DNA of 64,000 bases, taken from Candidatus Doudnabacteria bacterium RIFCSPHIGHO2_02_FULL_42_25 (GTDB lineage: Bacteria; Patescibacteriota; Doudnabacteria; UBA920; O2-02-FULL-48-8). Location of the stretch: positions 64,679 to 128,678 of the forward strand of contig MFEQ01000004.1 of the NCBI GenBank assembly GCA_001777665.1, in the 5' to 3' direction. The notes below the pieces were generated by a model, which worked only from the letters and a program-made list of their open reading frames with translations, ran no database searches and was not told the DNA's origin. Of the stretch, positions 26,891-36,154 are shown in pieces. Each line of letters starts with the position of its first letter. Position 1 is the stretch's first letter. The position numbers were made by a program, and so were the translations under genes.

Positions 26891-28582
26891 CTATTTAGGC
26901 TTAGTGGATTCCAAAGCCGACCGTCTGGATTCTAATTTTTGAAGATCTGTTCTCATTTTCTGAAGCTCTGTCTGGTTCTTGTTTAGAATGCTACGTTGAA
27001 TTTCCAATCTGTCATCTGCCCGGTAGGAATCACGCATGAGATTACTTCCTAAACCAAGTTTAATTCCTTCCTGTTTTTCTTTTAACGTCGCTAGTACTTG
27101 CTGCTCTTGCGGCAATTCTCGCCCGATGTTTTCAATTTTTTTAGTCAATATCTCTTGTTTTATCTTATCTTTTACCCCGCCGAAAAAACCTTTAGGTAGA
27201 TCCCGCAGTGTTATTTGAGTTTCAGATAATTCTTTTTGAAGTCGGACAATTTTTTCACCTTGCACTGTCACTGCACGACCTGCTTTGTCGTAGTCTAGAT
27301 TCTTTTGCAATATAACAACTTGTTCCTGAGTGCTGACTATCTCCCTTTCTATTTCATCTATTCTTACCACTAAGCCTTCAATTTTCTTCTGGATGTCCTT
27401 CAACTCTCTTTGACGATTAAACTCCCTATCTTCAACCAGAGCATCTTCTTTAATTCTTCCTACGGTTTCTGGATTAAATTTGAACCCTAGCGAGGTTTTC
27501 AACTCTTGCATCGGCATATTGGTATCTTTAATCGCCGCTTCCAATTTTGCTTTTTGTTCATCGGATAACTCCCAAGAATAAGGTAAATGAGGCATTCCCG
27601 CAGCACTAACGTCTTTTGACTCCCATTTCTCAACTCCTCCCCAACCTACTGCACCATTCCAAACTTGAACCTTAACTTGGTCTTTACCTCCTCCAATTAT
27701 AAGATTCAAGCTGCTATTTGCAGCTTTCACAGCTTCTTGTTCATGGTTATCTCCGGGTTGACTGTGGTTGGACGCAAAAGTTTCTTGAATTTTCTTTAAA
27801 ATACCTTCTTTGATTCGCTGTAAAAGTTCGGGATTAGATACGAGTTTCGATGCTGCTTCAGTCGAACCGAACTCTCTAAAATTTAAATCAAGATCATATT
27901 CAAAATCTCTTTTGTCAGACCATTCATTTCGATCTCTTCGACTTCTTTGAGTTCCAGTAATAATTTGAGAATAAATTCTTTCTACGAGTTTATTAATGTC
28001 AAACTGCATCTCAACTTCTTTTGCTTGAGCAGCAATTTCTCTTCGCTTAATCACATACTCTTGAAGAGCCGGAAAAATTTCTTCTTGTCGACGAACTTCA
28101 GGACTCAAGCCCATTATTTTTTCGGCTTCTGCTGTGGTTTGGTCTATCTTTTGTGTTTTTGATGCTACAAGTTCATTCGCTTCTTGGATTGCTTCTCTAG
28201 TTTGTGCAATCTTTTCGTCTATTTGTCTATCATCAACTCCAGCTTGTGTTTGCACTTGACGATACAAAGATTTTACCTCATCAGGAGTCTGCTCATCTGC
28301 TATCGCAGCATCAGCTTCCTTTTTACTTTCGAACACCTGTGTCTTTTGATTATTAAGCGCTCTTATATGTTGCCATTTTAGGTTACTCGCCGTATTGGTA
28401 TTAGATATATCCGAGTTAAGCGCTACCTGTTCTTCACGGTCAGCGTAAAGCTTATCCACTTGTGAAGTAACAGCGGCCTGTTTATCATCCGCGGCTTTTT
28501 GTTCTCGCTCTTGTTGGATAGAAGCCGCTTTATCGCGAGCTTGAGCTAAAAGTTCTTCCATGTTTGGTTGTGATTCGCTCAT
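26891..28582 (-). CDS. large coiled-coil protein, unknown function
   Basis: 563 aa, highly charged E/K/Q-rich heptad-like sequence, no TM. Confidence 0.5.
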   Translation of the reverse strand: MSESQPNMEELLAQARDKAASIQQEREQKAADDKQAAVTSQVDKLYADREEQVALNSDISNTNTASNLKWQHIRALNNQKTQVFESKKEADAAIADEQTPDEVKSLYRQVQTQAGVDDRQIDEKIAQTREAIQEANELVASKTQKIDQTTAEAEKIMGLSPEVRRQEEIFPALQEYVIKRREIAAQAKEVEMQFDINKLVERIYSQIITGTQRSRRDRNEWSDKRDFEYDLDLNFREFGSTEAASKLVSNPELLQRIKEGILKKIQETFASNHSQPGDNHEQEAVKAANSSLNLIIGGGKDQVKVQVWNGAVGWGGVEKWESKDVSAAGMPHLPYSWELSDEQKAKLEAAIKDTNMPMQELKTSLGFKFNPETVGRIKEDALVEDREFNRQRELKDIQKKIEGLVVRIDEIEREIVSTQEQVVILQKNLDYDKAGRAVTVQGEKIVRLQKELSETQITLRDLPKGFFGGVKDKIKQEILTKKIENIGRELPQEQQVLATLKEKQEGIKLGLGSNLMRDSYRADDRLEIQRSILNKNQTELQKMRTDLQKLESRRSALESTKPK

Positions 28583-28591
28583 AGATATTTA

Positions 28592-29173
28592 TTAATAATA
28601 GCCTTGGGAACTGCAAGTTCCCACGTATTGATTAACTTCTCCATTAAAAATCGCCAAACAGTAGGATTGGCCGGTTACGCCGTCTATGATTGTGCGCCAA
28701 GCTCCAGTCGCACTACCAGCTACCACAGGTGTTTCAATGGTTTTCACTACTTCTCTGTAAGGAATGAGGTTATATAGTGGCTCTTCCGTCATGAAATTAG
28801 GCACAGTTTCTGCTGATGGGAGTGGCCCGTGAGCCAAATTCGAATCGGATTGATCAAAAACGTCGGCAAATATCTGGTAAACAGACCCCCAAACAAAATA
28901 GATATCAGCATCCGCTTCCGAGTCCTCTAGAAACGCAATGGTGGCATCAGCTGATTGAGTATAAAAATTTTGGACTGTATCGTATATAAAAAATACTTCT
29001 TCAAACCAGGCTCGATCTCCGATTGTTTGTTGCCAACCGATATCGAGTCGCTGAACCATATCCTGCTGAACTGATGCAACTTCTGGATTTGAAAGTGGCA
29101 CAAACAGAAAAAACGCTGTCGAAACAACGATCGCCGCCAAACCATAATAAATTGGTTTTGCTTGCGCGTACAT
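28592..29173 (-). CDS. membrane-anchored protein, paralog family member 1
   Basis: N-terminal TM; shares D.V...FY.(Q/E)SA motif with next two genes. Confidence 0.45.
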   Translation of the reverse strand: MYAQAKPIYYGLAAIVVSTAFFLFVPLSNPEVASVQQDMVQRLDIGWQQTIGDRAWFEEVFFIYDTVQNFYTQSADATIAFLEDSEADADIYFVWGSVYQIFADVFDQSDSNLAHGPLPSAETVPNFMTEEPLYNLIPYREVVKTIETPVVAGSATGAWRTIIDGVTGQSYCLAIFNGEVNQYVGTCSSQGYY

Positions 29174-29185
29174 TTTTGTTTTTGT

Positions 29186-29593
29186 TTAAAACGTCGAAGC
29201 TCTAGCGAATGAAGACAAATCCAAAAGCGTAGTTAATTCTTCTGCTGCGCTTTCGTAAAAGCTATTCGTGTATTCAGTCAGCTGCAGAATTTGATCGAAA
29301 GGATTTTCTGGGAGTGATAACAGCTCTGTCATCGCCGTGGCTGATTCCTGATAAAAAGTATCGATTGTCTTTATCGCATCAACAACTGGCTGCATGACGA
29401 CGATTGTATCAGTGACTGCTTCAGAAATAGCTGAACTCATGTCCAGCATCGACAGCCCGCTTTGCCAATCTGCAATCTCTGCACTTCCCATCAAAAATCC
29501 TTCGAGCAGCAAAACGACTGCCAAGATGATCAGGAGGTATTGTGGCTCGTATTGTTTTGGTTTTTTTGATTTTGATTTTGATTTTTTTGTCAT
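29186..29593 (-). CDS. membrane-anchored protein, paralog family member 2
   Basis: K/S-rich N-terminus, TM, VVDAIKTIDTFYQESA motif. Confidence 0.45.
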   Translation of the reverse strand: MTKKSKSKSKKPKQYEPQYLLIILAVVLLLEGFLMGSAEIADWQSGLSMLDMSSAISEAVTDTIVVMQPVVDAIKTIDTFYQESATAMTELLSLPENPFDQILQLTEYTNSFYESAAEELTTLLDLSSFARASTF

Positions 29594-29606
29594 ATTTTTT
29601 GTTCTC

Positions 29607-29626
29607 CCTGCCTGCCGGCAGGCAGG
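29607..29626. repeat. perfect 20-bp palindrome CCTGCCTGCCGGCAGGCAGG (copy 2), intercistronic
   Basis: Abuts stop codon of upstream gene, 13 nt before next ATG. Confidence 0.9.
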
Positions 29627-30169
29627 TTAGTACGCCTCGACCTTGGCGAAATTATTCAAAAAATTAATATTTGGAGTTTCAAATTTATAAGGCATCTCCA
29701 ACTCCAATTCATAAGTTGGTTCGGTATCTATAGAACCAATCTCTATTATTGCTCCCAAAACCTTTCCTTGTGTATCGTATGAAATCTGTTGTTGCCCCTC
29801 ATAACCCGATCTCACCTGGTCAGTTAAATGATTAATCGCGAGTGAGTAAGCTTCTATTGTTGGTTCGAAATCCTCGAATGGAATTGTTGCAACTTCAGTG
29901 AAGGCCAGATAGAATTGTTCATAAAAATCATTTTGCGCATCCCAAACGAAGGTAACCGTATCGACAACTCCCTGGGCTTGCTGATTCATATCAAGAATCG
30001 TAACTGCCTGCGCTACATCAGACTGCATTTGAGGAGTGAGGCCGGTGAAAAAAACAATTCCAACCACTACCACACCGACAAATCCCCAGGCAACTAATGA
30101 AGTCTCAAACCAATTTAAATTTTGATAATCTGTTTTCATAATATGCTTTTTGTTTTTGAAGATAATCAA
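29627..30169 (-). CDS. membrane-anchored protein, paralog family member 3
   Basis: TM, VVDTVTFVWDAQNDFYEQF motif. Confidence 0.45.
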   Translation of the reverse strand: MIIFKNKKHIMKTDYQNLNWFETSLVAWGFVGVVVVGIVFFTGLTPQMQSDVAQAVTILDMNQQAQGVVDTVTFVWDAQNDFYEQFYLAFTEVATIPFEDFEPTIEAYSLAINHLTDQVRSGYEGQQQISYDTQGKVLGAIIEIGSIDTEPTYELELEMPYKFETPNINFLNNFAKVEAY

Positions 30170-30326
30170 AAAGATCGGACTTGGTGATTACCCAATCCCG
30201 TCCAATTTTACGCGCTCTGATTTTACCTTTACGCGCTAACAAATTTAAATAGTCCGCGCTGTAAGGACTTAAGCTCGATGCGTCCTTCAAGCTTAAAAGC
30301 TCAAGGTCCGATGCTTGGCTGTTCAT
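30105..30326 (-). CDS. HTH_17/excisionase(Xis)-like DNA-binding protein
   Basis: YSADYLNLLARKGKIRARKIGRDWVITKSDLFDYL matches MerR-like/Xis HTH pattern. Confidence 0.5.
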   Translation of the reverse strand: MNSQASDLELLSLKDASSLSPYSADYLNLLARKGKIRARKIGRDWVITKSDLFDYLQKQKAYYENRLSKFKLV

Positions 30327-30469
30327 TTATTTAATTTTCTTTTTGTTTTAGACCCTTTTTGTTTCGATCAGGATCGGCTAGCCGATACTATATCTACTTG
30401 TATTATAGCAAAAAATCGCTCTCTTGTCAACAATTCAGGCTAGTAATAAGTAAGGAGTAATTAGTAAAT

Positions 30470-30500
30470 AGAAAACTGCGGGGTTGGCCGCAGTTTCTTA
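30470..30500. terminator. rplL terminator hairpin AAAACTGCGG-GGTTGG-CCGCAGTTT
   Basis: Stem-loop with flanking A/T runs; near-identical hairpin at 33151-33168. Confidence 0.65.
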
Positions 30501-30521
30501 TTACTTTTTACTTATTACTAA

Positions 30522-30896
30522 TTACTTGAGCGTGACTTTCGCGCCAGCTTCTTCGAGTTTTTTCTTTAATTCTTCAGCTTCGGCTTTTGCGATATTTTCT
30601 TTAATCGCTTTAGGAGCAGCATCAACTAAGTCTTTCGCTTCTTTCAAACCCTTGCCAGTAGCTTCGCGTACGACTTTGATGACGTTGATCTTGTTGGCCC
30701 CGGCATCGGTAAGCTCAACTGTGAATTCAGTCTTTTCTTCTACAGCAGCAGCTCCACCTGCAGCCGGGCCTGCGGCCATCATCATCGGAGCCGCAGCAGA
30801 AACACCAAACTTTTCTTCCAAAATTTTCACCAATTCAGAAAGCTCGAGGGCCGTTAACTTTTCAATCTCTGAAACGATATTATCAAAATTTGCCAT
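30522..30896 (-). CDS. rplL: 50S ribosomal protein L7/L12
   Basis: Classic L12 N-terminal dimerisation and C-terminal domain sequence. Confidence 0.9.
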   Translation of the reverse strand: MANFDNIVSEIEKLTALELSELVKILEEKFGVSAAAPMMMAAGPAAGGAAAVEEKTEFTVELTDAGANKINVIKVVREATGKGLKEAKDLVDAAPKAIKENIAKAEAEELKKKLEEAGAKVTLK

Positions 30897-30910
30897 ATGT
30901 GTAATCCTTT

Positions 30911-31435
30911 CTAATTCGACCTTTTGTCCTTAATTGCGTTAAGTACGTTAAGAAGATTTCGAGTATTCCCGAAAAGTACAGTGACTAATCCCCTAGCCGG
31001 ACCCGCGATAACAGAAACTAATTGGCCTAAGAGTTGTTGTTTGGTTGGAAGTGTTGCAAGTCTGCTGACAACTGTTGCGTCAACTAATTCTGAATTGAAA
31101 ATTCCACCATCGAGAATCAACTGCGGATTTTCTTTTGTCATACCTTTGAGAACTCTTGCTGGAGTTGTTTCCTCTTCTTCTGAAACCGCAATCGCGACTG
31201 GTCCTGTATATTTCATTCCGTCAGTTTTAATTCCAAGTGCTTCCATCGCTTTCTTGAGTAGAGTAACTTTTACAACTTGGTACTGCACATTTTCTTTACG
31301 GAGATTTCTTCGTACGAGGTTCATTTGCTTCACAGTCATGCCACGGTATTCCGTGAATACAACACCTCGAGCTTTTTTCAAAAGCTCTGTGAGTGAAGCA
31401 AGTATTGATTCTTTCTCTTTCCTGGTTATAGCCAT
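30911..31435 (-). CDS. rplJ: 50S ribosomal protein L10
   Basis: L10 N-terminal pattern, precedes rplL. Confidence 0.9.
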   Translation of the reverse strand: MAITRKEKESILASLTELLKKARGVVFTEYRGMTVKQMNLVRRNLRKENVQYQVVKVTLLKKAMEALGIKTDGMKYTGPVAIAVSEEEETTPARVLKGMTKENPQLILDGGIFNSELVDATVVSRLATLPTKQQLLGQLVSVIAGPARGLVTVLFGNTRNLLNVLNAIKDKRSN

Positions 31436-31444
31436 AGTTATTAT

Positions 31445-31524
31445 CTACGAACTTACGAAATTTTTACGAAAGTACGAAGAGCTAATTTTTTTCGTATTTT
31501 CGTACTTGTTCGTACTTTCGTAGC
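31445..31524. promoter_or_regulatory. TACGAA/TTCGTA iteron palindrome (copy 2), immediate rplJ leader
   Basis: Ends 10 nt upstream of rplJ ATG. Confidence 0.7.
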
Positions 31525-31729
31525 CGTTAATTATATAAAATAAAAACTGTCAGATTCAAAGACAGTGATTGCTTGCCGATTTATCGGCTCTCATCTGCTT
31601 AGCGAATTAAGGCATATAGCCAGCTAAGGTCTTTGAATTAAGTTCTCACATAGTATAAATGATTTTCGGCATCAGGTCAAGAGCGCAACCTCGATAAAAA
31701 ATCGGGTCCCATATAGGAACCCGGCGGGT

Positions 31730-31936
31730 CTAGTACCAAGCAGCTCTTCGCTGAAGTGAACCGTAATTGATACGATCCAGCTCCGCGTCAGAGAGTCGCA
31801 GCGCTGGGCCGTGCTGAGCGTCTTTGAGATCGACTTTCTTGTTTTTGATCTCTTTTCGTCGCGCCCGTTCAAGAAGACGCTTGTGTCTTGCTCGCCCCCG
31901 GACTCGTTTCCTCCGTATTCGCCATTGTATACTCAT
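31730..31936 (-). CDS. small basic protein (68 aa) in a GC-rich patch
   Basis: R/K-rich, GC about 52%, own terminator 31690-31728; no family. Confidence 0.4.
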   Translation of the reverse strand: MSIQWRIRRKRVRGRARHKRLLERARRKEIKNKKVDLKDAQHGPALRLSDAELDRINYGSLQRRAAWY

Positions 31937-32014
31937 CTTCGCACCCCTGTGGATAACAGCTTAACATAAAAACCCCAGCTTTCGCCAGAGTCCCTTTTTA
32001 CTTATTACTTTTTA

Positions 32015-32034
32015 CCTGCCTGCCGGCAGGCAGG
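32015..32034. repeat. perfect 20-bp palindrome CCTGCCTGCCGGCAGGCAGG (copy 3)
   Basis: 7 nt after mltG stop; flanked by TTACTTATTAC motifs. Confidence 0.9.
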
Positions 32035-32041
32035 CTTATTA

Positions 32042-33130
32042 CTATCTCAAGTATTTCGCCCTATTCTCCCCATGCTCTTCCAGAGTCTTGGCAAAATATG
32101 CTGTTCCATCAGGTGAATTCAAGAAAAATAAATAATCAGAGTTCGCGGGATAAATTGCTGCTTTGATCGAATCAATTCCTGGATTGCCTATCGGTCCTGG
32201 TGGTAATCCACGATTAGCATAAGTGTTGTAGGGAGATTTAATTTTCGTATCTTCGATGGTTACAGACCGATCGGATTTCCCTGTCACATAATTTATCGTT
32301 GCATCTGATTCTAACGCCATACCAATTTCTAGTCGATTATAAAACACTGATGCGACCAGTTCTCTTTCGTTCTGCATAATTTCCAAATCTTCATCAGTAA
32401 GATTTTCTTTATTCCTTCCGACTTCCTTCTCTATGATAGAAGCTAAAATCAATATTTGTCCGAAATCATAATTTGTTTTCTCCGCATCTTCCACCATTTG
32501 ATCTGTAACCTTACTTTCAAAATTATTTAACATTTTACTAATCAAATCTTCTAGATGATTTTCTTTACTCAAGGTGTAAGTGTCCGGAAATAAAAATCCT
32601 TCGTAGTTAAATTTGTCACCCAAAATTTTAAATTCAAAATCAAAGTTGCCAGCCAAGGCATTATTAAATTCGGTTTCAGAACTGATGATATTTCTGTTAA
32701 CCAAATATTTTCCAATTTGTTTATTACTCCAGCCTTCGATCATGGTCACGTTCCGATTCTCACTCACAACTTTTCCGTGCGTCAGGATGTCGACAATTTC
32801 TGGAATTGCCATGTTGCTGTTTAACACATATTCGCCTGCCTGAATTTTTCCTCCAGCATTGTGAAGCTTAGTATAAATCAAAAAAATATATTTATTGCCT
32901 ATAACTTTTTCTTCCCATAGCAGCTGCCCGGTTTGTTTGGTCGAAAATCCTTTTTCTACAGTGATGTTTATTTCATGACTTTCGTCAGTAGCAGCGGCAT
33001 TAACTTTAGTTAGATAGTAAGTAACCATCACTAACCCTACTACAACAATCAATGCCAACAGCAGTAAAAGGCTTTTGCGCAGCCCTCGCTTTGGATCAAT
33101 TATTTGATATTCGTTCGGATTCATTTGCAT
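32042..33130 (-). CDS. mltG: endolytic murein transglycosylase MltG (YceG family)
   Basis: N-terminal TM, YceG-like domain, GLPPGPIGNPG motif. Confidence 0.8.
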   Translation of the reverse strand: MQMNPNEYQIIDPKRGLRKSLLLLLALIVVVGLVMVTYYLTKVNAAATDESHEINITVEKGFSTKQTGQLLWEEKVIGNKYIFLIYTKLHNAGGKIQAGEYVLNSNMAIPEIVDILTHGKVVSENRNVTMIEGWSNKQIGKYLVNRNIISSETEFNNALAGNFDFEFKILGDKFNYEGFLFPDTYTLSKENHLEDLISKMLNNFESKVTDQMVEDAEKTNYDFGQILILASIIEKEVGRNKENLTDEDLEIMQNERELVASVFYNRLEIGMALESDATINYVTGKSDRSVTIEDTKIKSPYNTYANRGLPPGPIGNPGIDSIKAAIYPANSDYLFFLNSPDGTAYFAKTLEEHGENRAKYLR

Positions 33131-33197
33131 AAAACTATTATAACATAAAAACTGCGGTTTCCGCCGCAGCTTCTGTTTACTGTTAACTGATTACTGT

Positions 33198-33677
33198 TTA
33201 CTGACTAAGAGTCAGCTTCTGATCCCGACTACCAAACAATTGGACTACCAAATTTGTGTTGTTGCGAGTGACTATGGCTAGGCCAACGTCAGAATAATAC
33301 GGAGACAAAATGTTTGCGCGGTGAGGTTCGGATTCCATCCAAGATTTTTCTAATTCCAAAGGATCAGAATAACCTTCTGCTAAGTTCTCACCGGCGTATG
33401 TGTAGTCATAACCCATGCTCGTGATCCAATGCCAGGGAGTCTCGCCATCAGGCGAAGTATGGGCAAAGTAATTGTCGGAGGACATGTCCTCGGCTTTAGC
33501 GAGTGCGGCCAAATTCAAAGTTGGATTCAGTGTTAGCTTCGAGAGACCGTGTAGAGAGCGGTCAGCATTTACCAAATCCAAAATAGCACGAGAAGTCAAC
33601 GGTTCTGACTTCATGCTCAAAGACATTGTTAGGGTTAAAAACCCCAATAAAAAACCAAACTTCAATTTGGAATTCAT
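33198..33677 (-). CDS. secreted CAP/SCP (PR-1-like) domain protein
   Basis: Signal peptide; HTSPDGETPWHWITSMGYDYTYAGENLAEG CAP motifs. Confidence 0.7.
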   Translation of the reverse strand: MNSKLKFGFLLGFLTLTMSLSMKSEPLTSRAILDLVNADRSLHGLSKLTLNPTLNLAALAKAEDMSSDNYFAHTSPDGETPWHWITSMGYDYTYAGENLAEGYSDPLELEKSWMESEPHRANILSPYYSDVGLAIVTRNNTNLVVQLFGSRDQKLTLSQ

Positions 33678-33795
33678 GTACCTAATATTCTTTTTTATTT
33701 TTGTTTCTTTAGTAAGACTCTCACCTTACATACATAGTATAGCAAATTTTCCGGATTTTGTAAATAGGTATGAGTAATTTCGCCCGCAGTTTTTC

Positions 33796-34251
33796 CCCTC
33801 CTAGAATAGGAGGGGCTAGGGGTGGTAGAACCTAAGGCAACTCACGAGAAATTTTTTCAATTACACCTTCAATACTTTCCCGAACCTCATCATTCGTAAA
33901 ACGAAGAAGTCGAATTTGATTAGATTCTAAAAAAACTTCTCTTCTCTTGTCATATTCGTTTCCTTTTGGATCTAGAAAATGTGAATCACCATCTACTTCA
34001 ATTCCTAACCTTAATTCATTACAATAAAAATCCAAAATATAATTACCAATTCCATATTGTCGTCTAAATTTATAACCTTTAAGGTTCTTACCTCTTAGAT
34101 AATACCAAAGAATCTGCTCTGCTTGAGGCATATTGTTCCTTAGTTGCTGTCTTCTGCTTTTATATTCTTTTTTGTTGTATAAATAATCCATACTTTATTC
34201 TACCTCACATTCTACCCCACCTAACCTCCCCTATTCTAGGGGAGGAACAAC
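33796..34251. mobile_element. small palindrome-ended element carrying a DUF559 nuclease gene (ends CCCCTCCTAGAATAGGAGGGG / CCTCCCCTATTCTAGGGGAGG)
   Basis: Inverted hairpin ends flank the ORF; MITE-like ORF-less derivatives at 4301-4424 and 55135-55252. Confidence 0.65.
33832..34191 (-). CDS. DUF559 (Vsr-like PD-(D/E)XK) endonuclease-domain protein
   Basis: LW..LR...GYKFRRQYGIGNYILDFYCNELRLGIEVDGDSH hallmark of DUF559. Confidence 0.8.
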   Translation of the reverse strand: MDYLYNKKEYKSRRQQLRNNMPQAEQILWYYLRGKNLKGYKFRRQYGIGNYILDFYCNELRLGIEVDGDSHFLDPKGNEYDKRREVFLESNQIRLLRFTNDEVRESIEGVIEKISRELP

Positions 34252-34317
34252 TGCAAGCTTTCGCAAAGGCGATTTCCGGGATGGTTAAAAAACGTTAATT
34301 AATTTTTCTTCAAAAAA

Positions 34318-34349
34318 ATCCACGGCTGAAAAATTGCCGCGGATTTTTA
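34318..34349. terminator. terminator hairpin ATCCACGGC-loop-GCCGCGGAT with T-run
   Basis: Downstream of membrane-protein gene 34378-35061. Confidence 0.6.
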
Positions 34350-34377
34350 TTTTTACGTTGTAGATCTACAACTTAAT

Positions 34378-35061
34378 TTAAGACTTGATGTCTCGTTCAA
34401 TTCGATCGAGCACTTTGCTCGCATGTTCTTTTCCACCCAGACCAAACGCCAGACCACCAGCGATCGCTAACATAGCGATGATACCAGTGAAGAGCGTTGT
34501 CACAAATCCTTCTGCAACTCTAAGTTGATCCAAAGTTGCAAGAACAGTGAAGATCATCACAGCCCAAGTCGTAACTGTTGCCAGAAGATCAGCAGAAACG
34601 AGTCCGGCAGCTTTGACGCTGTGGCGGACCAAGTTTCCCAAAAATCTCGCAAGCATCGTACCAACTAACAGAATCGCAGCGGCAGCGATGACGCTTGGAA
34701 TGTAAAGCAACACTTGATTCAAGAACGCTGAGATTTCTGTAAGATTCAAAATATCAGCTGCAGCGAGGAAGACAGCAATTAACAAAAACCACTTCACGAG
34801 CCAAGCTAGAGTGCCTGACACGCTCATCTTCATTCCAGTGCGGTTTGATATTTCATCCAATCCCAGTTTGTCTCCGATCTCGTCAACTTTTGCAGAATGC
34901 AAAACTTGTCTGATAAGTTTTGCCACAAAGGATGCAACTACCCAGCCAACGACCAGAATAATGACCGCGACTAAGAAGTTTGGCAAAAAATTTATGAAAC
35001 GTGCGTAGAGATTCTGTAACGAATCAGCTACAGTTTGAGAATAAGAATTGTAATCATTCAT
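34378..35061 (-). CDS. membrane protein, unknown (possibly a small mechanosensitive-channel-like protein)
   Basis: 227 aa, 4-5 TM helices; assignment weak. Confidence 0.4.
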   Translation of the reverse strand: MNDYNSYSQTVADSLQNLYARFINFLPNFLVAVIILVVGWVVASFVAKLIRQVLHSAKVDEIGDKLGLDEISNRTGMKMSVSGTLAWLVKWFLLIAVFLAAADILNLTEISAFLNQVLLYIPSVIAAAAILLVGTMLARFLGNLVRHSVKAAGLVSADLLATVTTWAVMIFTVLATLDQLRVAEGFVTTLFTGIIAMLAIAGGLAFGLGGKEHASKVLDRIERDIKS

Positions 35062-35118
35062 TTTACCAATTCACCCCCTCTCATCCCCTCCCACCCCCAT
35101 TCTCGACCTTTAAGATAT

Positions 35119-35190
35119 CTACGAACTACGAATTTTTACGAATATACGAACTGGGGTTAACCCTTTTCGTAAATTCGTGTTTGTTCGTAA
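35119..35190. promoter_or_regulatory. TACGAA/TTCGTA iteron palindrome (copy 3) with GGGTTAACCC core
   Basis: 58 nt upstream of 35061 start. Confidence 0.7.
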
Positions 35191-35346
35191 GTTGCCAGCA
35201 CAAAAAAAGCAAAGCCCGAAATTCAGGTTTTACTCGTTTTTTCGCACTACGGATTGTTGTTGGGTTTCCATCAAAAAATCGTATCTATCCACATTATACA
35301 ATATAAAGCCCCCGCTTGTCAACGGGGGCAATATATTTTTGGTTTT

Positions 35347-35631
35347 TTAGAGGATTGCGTCTTTAGCAGCCTTGGCTACTCTGAACTTTACTACAGTCTT
35401 AGCAGGGATTTTGATTTGTTCCCCGGTAGCTGGGTTGCGGCCCATGCGGGCATCGCGGTGCTTCTTTAGAAGCTTACCCAACCCTGGCAGGGTGAATTCA
35501 CCACTATTCTTAGCTTCTGCATACGCTAGATTAGCGACAGCATCTAAGAATTCTGCCACTTCTTTGCGGGTTTTGCCGGTTTTCTCGGCTAGGGCGTTGA
35601 GCACCTCTGACTTGGTCATTCCTTTGGCCAT
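35347..35631 (-). CDS. hup: DNA-binding protein HU
   Basis: GFGKF-like arm ...RMGRNPATGEQIKIPAK. Confidence 0.85.
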   Translation of the reverse strand: MAKGMTKSEVLNALAEKTGKTRKEVAEFLDAVANLAYAEAKNSGEFTLPGLGKLLKKHRDARMGRNPATGEQIKIPAKTVVKFRVAKAAKDAIL

Positions 35632-35659
35632 GAACGTACCTTTCTTAATAAATTATTAA

Positions 35660-35679
35660 CCTGCCTACCGTCAGGCAGG
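35660..35679. repeat. 20-bp palindrome variant CCTGCCTACCGTCAGGCAGG (copy 4)
   Basis: In hup 5' region, next to a GC-rich island. Confidence 0.8.
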
Positions 35680-35769
35680 CAATCTGAAAACCAGTATAGC
35701 AAATCCTTAACAAATACGCTAGTTGCGGTCAAGGAATAAAAAAAGACCGCGGGTTTTAGTGACCGACGG

Positions 35770-35994
35770 TCAGGTCTGGACAATGTCGCTGGCAGCAGCC
35801 TTGGCCTGTTGTTCGGCGTGCTTCCGAGCGTTCCTGCGTACGCCATTCTGCGCCCAATTGTGCAAAATGCGTTCGGCGAAGGAAAGTTTTCTGTATGGAT
35901 TGTGGCGAAGTTCAAAAAACCACAGCCCAGCGCACGCGAGACTTCCGCCGACGACGATTATCTTCAGCCACTGTTGCCATGTCAAGTCAGCCAT
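35770..35994 (-). CDS. small membrane protein, GC-rich island
   Basis: AGGAGGTAATCCCG-ATG SD; one TM. Confidence 0.4.
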   Translation of the reverse strand: MADLTWQQWLKIIVVGGSLACAGLWFFELRHNPYRKLSFAERILHNWAQNGVRRNARKHAEQQAKAAASDIVQT

Positions 35995-36006
35995 CGGGAT
36001 TACCTC

Positions 36007-36147
36007 CTAGACTGGAAGTTTGAGGTTTTCCAGAATGTTCTCGCCGTCTGGAACCTTGGCGAGTCGTTCATAGCAGTACACGAGGGCAAAAACGCCAAAG
36101 CAGACAGTGCCCACAGCCACAACGACACCTACAACAACAAGTGTGTG
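36007..36147 (-). CDS. small hydrophobic protein, GC-rich island
   Basis: Likely start MHTLVVVGVV at 36147 with GAAGGGGG SD; single TM. Confidence 0.3.
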   Translation of the reverse strand, partial: HTLVVVGVVVAVGTVCFGVFALVYCYERLAKVPDGENILENLKLPV

Positions 36148-36154
36148 CATGCCC

